From Ostrea edulis (taxonomy: Eukaryota), in NCBI RefSeq assembly GCF_947568905.1, contig NC_079168.1:69130001-69194000 (forward strand): 64,000 nt of DNA, read 5' to 3'. The translations under genes and the position numbers were made by a program. Below, piece by piece: positions 24,271 through 34,792 of this stretch. Within the stretch, counting starts at the first letter, position 1. Each line of letters opens with the position of its first letter. The notes beneath the pieces are model-generated. The model worked only from the letters and a program-made list of their open reading frames with translations. It was not told the origin of the DNA and made no database searches.

Positions 24271-25369
24271 ATGAGTTAGTGGATGATGCAATATTTCCAA
24301 TAAATTCAAGCTTACTTCTTGTTGATCTCAGTATAGTACAGAAAAACAATATCAAAATGATTACTAGTTTTATTTTGTTCATTTTCAAATAGTCGTGCTA
24401 ACCCCGAGGAGTTTACGACCGGTTAGGTTCACCACTTCATTCCTGAAGAGCGGATGAAATCGTTTGCTTGTCGCGCGGATGTAAAGACGATCGAGGCTTT
24501 ATCGGACCCAGAACGCGTGCCGCATTGACAAGCCCGCGCCATCTGTAGAGTATTAAAGTCTAATGGAATCAGGGCCTGTTCATTACAGGGCCAATACGAT
24601 GAACTCTTCAACACTAACAACCTATTCAGAGTGGAAAATTGCAGATGAGGCTATTATATCTGTAGTTTCTGGGTGGACAATTTGTGAATTTGTGAACAAA
24701 CATCCAGTCATATTGTATCTGATTGCGCACACGCAATCCCCCCCCCCCCCCCCCCCCGATCACCTCATTTTATTTCCAAGCTTATATAGTGAATGTCTCT
24801 AGCCATGCAACATCACAGCATATATAATCTTTTGAAATTTTTACGAGAATTGTTTCGATTTCTTGGCGCGCGAAATTATGATGCAGATGAGGAGCACCAC
24901 ATCACAGCTTTGAGGGTAAATTTTGATGTCCCTTGTGAACCCAAGTTGTGTTTAGAGTATAGTGAAACGGTCCCGCTGTTAATACTATTTCAGCAACAAT
25001 ACGTAAGCAAACCACCGAGTCTTCATGGAAATTAGAACTCCATAACTCAACATGAATTAAATCTGATTAATTCACCACATCTAAAGGGGTTTTATGAATC
25101 TTGAGAAATCTTTCAACCATCCCATCAAAAATCCCATGAGTTGTTGCTAATTCTTTAAGTTTGGATAAAGGTATCTACATTTAATATTAAATTTCCGTCT
25201 AAGCTCATCCTATATAACGCGCAAAGATCTATAAAACGGCGATTTTCCAAGGAACAAGCATGAATACATCTAGATAATCTATGAAATTAATGATGAAAGA
25301 AAGTCGAAGCTTTTTAATAATCATTAAGATTTGATGATATACCAAAAGGAGAAAGAGATAGAGAAAGAG

Positions 25370-25495
25370 TTATTAATCTAAATAAGGAATAATATTGTGG
25401 ATTGTATCTTGTTATTAATCTAAATAAGGAATAATATTGTGGATTGTATCTTGTTATTAATCTAAATAAGGAATAATATTGTGGATTGTATCTTG
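25370..25495. repeat. 42-bp tandem repeat, 3 copies
   Basis: TTATTAATCTAAATAAGGAATAATATTGTGGATTGTATCTTG x3. Confidence 0.93.
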
Positions 25496-28400
25496 CGGGT
25501 CATAAATGTTACTCCATTCTTCATTGTTTTCACATACCCCCAGAATACAGACTTATTTCTTATATTTATATTTGTAATATATTTCTTTATAAAAATAGAA
25601 TATAGGTTTCTATGTTTAGTTAAAGTAAGGTCATTCTAAAAAAATTATTTACGCTGAGGAGATCATCGGAGTGTTTGGAAACCTCATTAAAAAACCCGAT
25701 GCCGCTGTAAATTACATTCTTTTTGTAAATAAACTTAACCATGTCGTCTAGAAGCAATCTTCGAATTTTAAAACGTCCAGAATAAACTTTTGATACCCTC
25801 TAAGCCTCATTGTGCCCATTGTAATTTCTTATAAATTACGTGTCAACTTATTAAAACTGGAAAAGCGCGCGCTCGCCGTTGTCATCGGTATTTGGACAGA
25901 TGCCGTGGAAGGGACGCTATGGACTTACCCATAACGAAGTAACCGAGGGCAGGTGTAGCATTACGCATAGAGCGCTATCGATCTCTATCCCCGGTACAGC
26001 ACAAAGACAACCTCCTATTACATCATAGATTCTTTAACTTTAAATCCGAAAAGAAGTACATTAATTGGTTTTCACATGGAACCGTTTTTGGAATCTCGTA
26101 TCAATGCGGAAAACAGATTCTTCGCTTTGCACTTGGAGTCTGGTTATTTTGAATGCAAAATTTATGCTATGAGTGTCATCTTGTAATCTATTTTAAGTCA
26201 CCGGGTGGGTGTAAAATATTTTTACAATATGACACGAGGATACCATAGTTACGAAAGTATTGATGTTAATCTAATTTTAAAATACATATATACTACAGTA
26301 CATGGATATTTTGCATCATGTTTGTTATACGAAGAAAAGAAAATGTTTAAATAAAATACATGTAAAAAATAGAAAGATAGATGTAATATATACATAAATA
26401 TTCTATTGATATATGACTACCAGTACTATATTGTTAATAAACGGTAATATTTCACTATTCAGCAGGGAAATCTTGCTTTTAAAATGAAATAATTTTTTAT
26501 AGGTTTGCAACTTGCAATGTTGCTGTAAAAAATACATAAATACTATTTTATATATACTTGCATTTTTGTGAATAATTTAATTTGATTCACAATTCCTGCT
26601 TCTAGCGACAGTTTATTTTAGCGCAAAATCGGATATTTCTGCAACGGAGTCCAAAATTAGGAAAGAAATCGATTGACGAAATAGCGGAGAATAGAAAATG
26701 TTTCTTTAAATCAAAGAATTCCTTCAAAGTCTGGTAATTTACTGGAAGGAATCTTTTGTTTTTCCTCGACATCTGCCTCAAACCAAGTTCTGCTAAACAA
26801 AAGAGAATATGGCAGACAATGGGCGCACGCGATTCATATTGCACGCGTCCCCACCTGCACGTTCGATCGATAAAGGGGGTTTGAAGCTCGCGCCATTTCT
26901 TGCGATAGGGCAGATGGCTGATTAGATGAGATGATCAGTTGTTCAATATCTCTGTATCCCGGGCTCCTCTACCGCTATTTAGTAACCTCAAACAAAGATC
27001 GTCATCTATTAAAGAAAACTTTGAGTGAAACCTGTAGAAGTTAAAATGGTGATGGACGATCATACGTCTTTAATTGGTCTGTAACCGTCATTTTATGATT
27101 ATGTATCATCACTTGGATATCCTAATGCAAATCTATCTCTCCCATAAGAATTTAAAAATCGGATGAAAGGTTGAAATAGTATTTTTAATCTCTCTCTCTC
27201 TCACACACACACACAGATGAAGAAAATGTTGAATTGCATGTAAATTTGAAAGTCATTTATAGAATATATTTTTTGTTAAAAATATATATCGATGATTAAC
27301 TAATATCTGAGGAAAAAAAAAAGAGGACCCTCCTAAAGGAAAAACACCCAACAAACTACAAAAAGGCGATAACAATAATCTTGCACTGCATGTATTTTTT
27401 GCAGAAATTAGTATGTTTTACTAAACAATTCATCCACTGGTATAAGCGTAAATAATAATTTAAAAAAGAAATATATCAGGACGCCTTTATCTAAGAACTT
27501 TCGAAAGCACTTTTAAAGTGAGACGATTCTGAAACAAAGAGAGACTGGGAATTTGAAATGCGTGCGGGGAACCATTGTGCGAGGTGTTAGGAATGGTGTT
27601 TGGTTTTCCTGGGTAATCTGGGGATGTTACTTTGTGGAGAGAGATCCCATCTCTAACGAGTCTTAATTAAATGTATAACACAAACCTCTGTGAAAATTTT
27701 CATGACAAAGAATTCCTCTCATGGGAAAGTCCTTGTCGTGTCAGTAGTCTGTTGAGACGCGCGCAGGTCTCTCCAAATACTGATACCGAATAGGAACAAA
27801 CGCGGTAGATGATGAAAGACAAAATTACTGGCATATTAAATTGATTTTTTTCCCACAAAATGAAAAGTGCGAGCCGATGCACGCGTCTTCATATTTGAAC
27901 AAGAAAGTGAAATAAAAAACAGTTTGTATAAAACCTGTGTGTACTTATGAAGAAATTATTTCTCATGTGGGAAAATTATCAGACTCCAAAAATGAAACCT
28001 ATTTCTTTTGACGCAAAAGCGTGCCAGTCATGCGACCAGATTAATCAAATTACATATGTAAATTCTCGTTAAAGTAAAATATATTGTTCATTAGGCATCG
28101 CAGCATTTTACGGCAGCTATCGAAGCGGAATAAAATAGCGTACAATTATTTCTTCTTTATTCAATGTTCTTATATGATCTTTTTTGTTAGTTCCCCGCTT
28201 CATTAAATTCCAATAAGCTCTATTGGTCTAATAGCGAAGCGCGGGCATGCGCGCCATACACCGTATCCCTCCGCCAGAGAACACCTGCCCCCAAATTTCA
28301 TCTCCAGTATAGAACTAACCGCCTCCTGCACGCGCGCATAATGAGAAGGCAGGTGATGGCAAATTAGGCACAATACTGTTCGTCTGAAAATCTTATTCAA

Positions 28401-31400
28401 TCTGGTTTTTATATAACCATAGTAAATCTCCAAATAGAAATATTCAAGTGTCTGCAATCTGAATAGACTCACTGATGTCGTTAACGGTTTTCAATTCCTT
28501 AAATAAAAGATCTATAAATAAAAAATATCATTATTTACGCCTTTGTCCCCAGTTTGCTTTACAATTAACATCATTTTTCTTTTCTTTTTGTAGCCCATCA
28601 CTGTCACTCAGCCTGATTCTTTTTATCATATATTTGTATTAAGCAAACATTTAATTTAAAAAAAGAAGAGCAAACACATAAATCTAATGCGGCAGTTTAC
28701 AAGGATTTTTAATAACGAAATTATTTCAGGAAGAACTCAGGTACACGGTGTGTAGTTTTTGTTGAGCATTTTATGTAAAAGTCGATTTTTATACAATCAA
28801 TAACTAAGTCAAATCATTAAACATCAAATGACTAACAGTCACGTGTTTCAGTGAGGTAGTTAAAAAAAAAAGGCCCGAATGCCTATAATATTTGTAATGG
28901 AATTATAAGTATGGATATAATATACACCCAAACGTAACTGGTATATAGGTATTAATCCCCTACGTGTTTATCAGTGTTGTGTTTGTCATTTTAATTTATA
29001 AACAGAGAGTTAATTTCCTCCAAACTTGGTTCAGCTTCAAGAAATACATTAAAAGAGCGACAATAAAACTTGACGTGCGGTCTCTTTCTCCGTCGCCTTC
29101 CAATGGATGAAGTTCCGCTCCGACCGAGACTGTCCGCACTTCTAGGACTGCCAGGAAACAGAGATTGAAAATGAAATCTCGAAGCGCAAGAATCACTACA
29201 AATATTTGCCTGTTTCTGACACCCGCGGCGGAATTTGCTACACATCATGGAACGATACTTGGCCGTTGAGATGAAGAAATCCTGTCAGTTCGGCAGTGAC
29301 TCTGATTACTGAGAGCTCACGGAGGTGACTAATGACAATCCAGTACTTGTGTTAGTATTTAATCAGTCTCCGTACAAGTAAAAATCGATTCGATCCGATA
29401 AATCACCAAGGTATTTACGAGTGCGTTAGAGAGGATTTATTATGAATGATATTTATATTTTTTTTCTTCCTAGAGAATTAGAATGATACAACGGGGGGAG
29501 ATATTTCTATGGTCTTTTAAAAGACATTTCTTTATTAACGGAAGCTGTCGGTGGCTGCCAGTTTCTTCGCTTTAAGTTTCCCAGATGTTGCGGAAGCTAC
29601 GTTCAACAACTGTTGCACCGGAAACTGGAAAACATTTGTAAAACTTTGATCGGTCAAAAGTAACACGTATCGATATTGACGTAATTGTGAAACTACCGTC
29701 GAACCTTTTACTCTTTTGTCTTTCAAAGCGACAGGACAGCATTTTTCTCATAAAGTCCAGTCTATAATATTAAAAGTTAAATTAAAAGATTAATGGCATG
29801 GATACATTATTTGTTTCAGGTTTTTATGCACGGACATGTAAACTTGCAACATTTCATCAAAACAAGCAATATATATGAATAAAAATTATGATAATATTTT
29901 CTATTTTCCCCGGATGCCGCAAGATTGTGAGCAAATCTTTATATAAAAAAAACCCAATTATTCATAATAAATTAAATAATGGAATCTAATTTTGTGAATT
30001 TCCAATATATAATTCAGATTCTTGCCGCTCTGTCCGTTTGAAGCGCTAAACCTCGCATGCTTTTGTTGAATAACAAAAGTCAACAGCTGTCGTCTTTGAG
30101 TTTATTTTCACTTTTTTGTTGAGATGTTTAATGACTTTGTTTTGTACCGCTAACTGTGTCAATATTGTCGATGGATTGTAATCTTTGGTGTTCAAATCAA
30201 ACAAATTTTGTGCATTATAGCTTTGTTCGCGAACAGAAATTCCAGAAGTGTTGGGTAATGGCCACTCCGGTACCGTTCAGTCTGCCGCAATTATATGTAT
30301 ATTTTTTAAGGACCGGGTATCGCTTTATTTTGCCCGGTCCTGGTGCGAAGCAACAACAGTCTATGTACCCCAGTCTATTTTGTGGCTGGGAGAAAGTTTG
30401 AAAGAGACACGTGCTGTCGACATCTGTCGCGTGCTTCGGGATTTTGTGTCGTCTGCGAGTACGGACTAGGGTAACTGTCCTCATCGGGATAAATCTTCCT
30501 TTATCTCATATTCACTTTTTCTCTTTATGTTTTTCAAACTATCTCATGTGTAATCTCATTCCTATGAAGCTATTTCAGCGACGTGCCGTTTATAGATTCA
30601 AAAAGTTCAATATAGCTTAACCACAAAAGTAAAGAGAGCGAAATTCCATATCACCTTAATGCTGCTTAGCAGTGGTAATTCAATTTACCGAATAAAATAT
30701 TAATTGTGAATTGTACCAGGAAGATAATGACAGTATTTCACCCATTGAAAACATCGTAAATAATTAAATATCGCCGTTTGATTTTTATCAGAAATCATCA
30801 AAGATGGTAGCCGCAGCGAGTGGCTGGCAGGAAGAGGTAAATGGCTATGTACACTAGGTAGCCAACTTTATCACCCAACCTTCAGGAATCGATCCCCGGA
30901 TAGCGCCCTTTTTTTGCCACAACAGGTGGCAAAGCAAAACCTCCTCTGCAAACGGCACTAATAAATTATTGATGGACTTTGACATGTTCAATATATATAT
31001 CTTTTTAAAAGAGTAAAATGGACTAGATATCTTCATGAAACGGTTATGCAATTTAATGCCTGAATTGTTTGCATAGCACTTTCCAAGTAGAAATTTGATA
31101 TTTAATGATTTAATGATTTTTATTTTAGCAATAATTGTGAAATCCATACCATCAATTTTAATACGTTAATGGGTTATTTTAGGTATAGCATGATTTTGGA
31201 ATGTCATTGTAAATCTTTCTATAAATGTTGCTTATGTTTTTCCCCCCTAAAAACAATTATTTATAAATGTGAATTGACTATTTCCGAAATTGGAAATCCT
31301 TTCCAAGCAGTAGAGCTCCACAGAAAATTTGATCAATTTAGGGATTTCAGTATTTTAATTTCTTTCCATACAGATTAATAAAATTCTATTGTGGGAAAGT

Positions 31401-31490
31401 TATGAGTTTTCAAGGAACCTTTTTTTCTTCATATAATCAGTCTTTAACAAAAGTTTTAGGAATTGATATTTGACAGCCTGTACAATGTGT

Positions 31491-31528
31491 CGCGTGCGAG
31501 CATTGGTCCCACTCAGCTGTATGCAAAT
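31491..31528. promoter_or_regulatory. upstream module: class-C/Hes site + E-box + POU octamer
   Basis: CGCGTG 31491-31496, CAGCTG 31514-31519, one spacer base, ATGCAAAT 31521-31528; CSL site TGTGGGAA at 31390-31397. Confidence 0.6.
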
Positions 31529-32151
31529 TAACGCGCGCGCGATTTTGGAGCTAAACTTTATTCTGAAGAAATTGCAAGAAATTATTGATTTTCATTTTAA
31601 TTCTTTAGCACCTCTACCATTTTATATTTATAAAACAATTTCAAATGATTTTGATTCAGAATATTATATTATGCCGGTGAAATTACATGTGTATAATTCT
31701 GAGAACAAAATATCTATGATTTTTATTTTTTAACCGTAAGTGCGAATATCAATATTGCGTGTTGTTGATATCATTAAACGACATTTAGTCAATCTACTCG
31801 TTATTGATTGCCTGCACTCTGTAGAAGAATTTTGCCGAGTTCTACAAACAGAAAAAGTTTACCGTTCATAACTGTTTTGATTAAAGAGATTCCCTGTATC
31901 GATTCTTCTATAACTTCAATCATCGCCGTTTCACCTGTGCAAGTAAAACGAACACGCTAGTGAACATTCATAAGCGCCAACTAGTGCGCTATGAGAAAAA
32001 AGTGCGCACCATTAACAAAGAAAATTGGTATCAGAATTTGCGAAAAGCGATCGCTGAAAAACAAAGAGGGTACCTCTCACTGGCTGGGTTCTCTAAGGGG
32101 GCGTGTCTCGTGAATGAATATTCAGAGAAATTCTCTCAGTCTTAACGTGCC

Positions 32152-32159
32152 TATAAAAG
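32152..32159 (+). promoter_or_regulatory. TATA box of Insm
   Basis: CTATAAAAGG consensus 243 bp upstream of the ATG; GGGGCGTG GC-box-like site at ~32098. Confidence 0.65.
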
Positions 32160-32394
32160 GCGATGTGATGCTATTTCTGCGGGTTTGGTCAATAACTATA
32201 CAGGCTGAGATGAACTTTTGTGATTACCATTACTGAACGTGAGAACAAAGCAAACACGATTTAGATTTTGATACAACAAAGATAACTTGACCAAATCCCC
32301 CTTTCGATAACTGTTTTTTCGCAATTCAACCTTTGATGGTAACTTTGGAATCCAGAGAACTGAGAAGTGCTATCCTCCTTCCCAGCTTCTCGAC

Positions 32395-33621
32395 ATGCCC
32401 CGGGGATTTCTCGTTAAAAGGACGAACCACGGAGGAGCCGCGTCCTACAGGGAGAGAAGAACGTCAGAGGATGATCGCCTGGACCTGGAACCGGACATTA
32501 AAAGATTCGGATCTCCGGATTCTGGATACTGCGCCAGTCCTATCAATTTCTCAAAAGATCTAGAGAATAACAACTACGAGAAACCGCAGTGCTCTCCCCT
32601 GTCAGTGAGTACACAACAACTGTACTTTTCAAATTTTGAGCAGTTAAGTGTCAAGTCTCCAAATAACGAGAAATCGTCTCCTAAACCACTGGAACAAAGC
32701 AGCCCCAATAAGAGAAGAAACGAAATTAAGAGCAAGTCTATTAAGAAGCCAAAAGCGGCTCGGAAGATAAATTTTGATGAGGACACGACCTCTCCAGTTT
32801 CGGGCTGTATCATAAAGCATGTTTCTCCAGAGGAAGAAGGAACGGTGATTTACCATGGTGACATTGACAGCACGTACAACTTCGTAGAAGCAACCCCAGA
32901 GGCCCGTGCTGAGATCGAGAAAATCGAGAACAAAATCGGCGACTACATCTGCCAATTGTGCAAAGAATTTTACGAGGATGCGTTTCAACTGGCCCAACAT
33001 CGATGTTCCCGCATCGTCCACGTGGAGTACCGATGTCCGGAATGCGGTAAAGTTTTCAACTGTCCGGCCAACCTTGCGTCTCATAGGAGATGGCATAAAC
33101 CGCGACCTGCGGCAAACAGCAATAGGCAGAGCGCTCCCGCCAAAATTCTCCCCTCAAACCAGAATACTGAAAACAACGGGAACCAAAATGAGGCAAAAAT
33201 TGACAACGCCATGTTCTTGATCCCGACCGATCTCAGCATTTCCAACGACGAAGGGCAGTATAAGTGTGAAACATGTGGAAAGAAATTTCGCCGACAAGCT
33301 TATTTGAGAAAACATCGTCAAACCCACAGTGACTCCACGAAAATCACGCGCAACGACAATTCAACACGACAAGAAATTCTGCGTATCAGCAATTTGAACG
33401 AATTGTCAAACCGAGATTCCGTGCGTCGCGAGATGGTGTCCCCTCTGAATGCCTTTGAGAGTTTGCAGACGAGAGTTCCGGATATGTACGTGTGTAAGCA
33501 CTGCGAGAGTTCGTTCAGCAGTTCTCCAGGATTGACCCGACACATCAACAAATGCCATCCATCCGAGAATCGACAGGTCATCCTGCTTCAAATGCCCTCC
33601 ACCCTTCCCCGCCATATGTAG
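32395..33621 (+). CDS. INSM1: Insulinoma-associated protein (INSM1/IA-1; nerfin/egl-46 family), intronless, 408 aa
   Basis: N-terminal SNAG MPRGFLVKR; KKPKAARKINF..TTSPVSG block; ZF1 CQLCKE..LAQHRC; ZF2 CPECGKVFNCPANLASHRRWH; ZF3 KKFRRQAYLRKH; last finger SSPGLTRHINKCHPSENRQVILLQ. Confidence 0.98.
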   Translation: MPRGFLVKRTNHGGAASYRERRTSEDDRLDLEPDIKRFGSPDSGYCASPINFSKDLENNNYEKPQCSPLSVSTQQLYFSNFEQLSVKSPNNEKSSPKPLEQSSPNKRRNEIKSKSIKKPKAARKINFDEDTTSPVSGCIIKHVSPEEEGTVIYHGDIDSTYNFVEATPEARAEIEKIENKIGDYICQLCKEFYEDAFQLAQHRCSRIVHVEYRCPECGKVFNCPANLASHRRWHKPRPAANSNRQSAPAKILPSNQNTENNGNQNEAKIDNAMFLIPTDLSISNDEGQYKCETCGKKFRRQAYLRKHRQTHSDSTKITRNDNSTRQEILRISNLNELSNRDSVRREMVSPLNAFESLQTRVPDMYVCKHCESSFSSSPGLTRHINKCHPSENRQVILLQMPSTLPRHM

Positions 33622-34792
33622 ACATGATAGAACGGTGCCTTACACACCGTGTGTGCCTGACTGCCAGAAAAAAATGTATATTTTTATGATGAACTTTTTG
33701 ATATGAACGTGCATATGTGCCTTTCCCTTCATATTTACATGTGTGATTGCTTGTCATTTTATTTTAGATATATTTTTATTTTATTTATTTCAAGAAGGTA
33801 TATTTTAGGAGTATTACTATATACAATTTATTATTTACATGATTATCAAGTATTTTAAATGAACTTATTATTATGTTGTTTTAATGCATTATTTTATTAT
33901 TTACGGTAATAATCATTATATTTATTTCAGATATTTTATTTTTACAAAGAGGATATGTGCAATAGTATTTTTACGACAGTGCAATGATCAAGTGCAATAT
34001 TTAAATTATCAATGTTTTAGTGCGCTGTGAAAAGTGTAATACTTAAATTATCAATGTTTTAGTGCGCTGTGACAAGTGTAATATTTGAATTATCTGTTTT
34101 AGTGCAATGATATTCCAGGTGCAATATATCTTCAAGTGCAATATTACAATAGAGATCTATTTTATTGATTCTTATATTTTTATGTCGTACTACAGTGTGA
34201 TAATTATTTTTTTGTCTAGGCTGGGCAAGTGCAATCTAACTTATTCTATTTATATAGTCATCTAGTGGTAGAATTTAGTATTAGTATTAGTGTTGGTATT
34301 TCTCTTTTGGGTTAAGTTTGGGTTTACCTGAACATTGATTATATATATTTAAAAAAAAACCACCCGAAATTCTAACAAAGCGTAATCTTTGTCAAACGAA
34401 TACAAAATCTGTACATTAACTCGGTTTGTTGCTTTTTGTGTTGTGTCTATTATTTACATTAATTGTTTTCATTTTGAAACATTTCAGAGTTTTATTTCAT
34501 CACAAGGTTTTAAAGTAACTAGATTATGTTGTTTAATTTGTTATGTTTATCCTTATTTATTTATTTTTTGCCTTTTATGCAGATTCTTTATCATTTCATT
34601 TAGAATTCCGATTTGTTTGTTTGTTATTAATTCCTTGGTTTTATTATCTGCATACATTGGAGAGAGAGAAAGAGAAAGAAAGAGAGAAAGAGAGAGCGAT
34701 AAGTGAAATGTTTTATGAATAACAAATGCTGTATTTTCATTCGCCCATTGTGACCCTTGTACTTTATAAGAGATGCATTGTTACTTAATAAA
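33622..34792 (+). promoter_or_regulatory. Insm 3'UTR (AU-rich, miRNA seed clusters) ending at AATAAA 34787-34792
   Basis: U-rich tracts, 7 GTGCAAT, 2 GTGCCTT and 2 TGTGAT; first canonical AATAAA I found after the stop. The UTR end is inferred. Confidence 0.6.

Noticed and set aside
28996-29196. Minus-strand 66-aa ORF resembling a signal peptide plus transmembrane protein
   Set aside because: Starts at GTG, not ATG; no homology recognised; within the Insm regulatory zone.
32574-33615. Antisense and alternate-frame ORFs over Insm
   Set aside because: Shadow ORFs of a GC-richer coding region.
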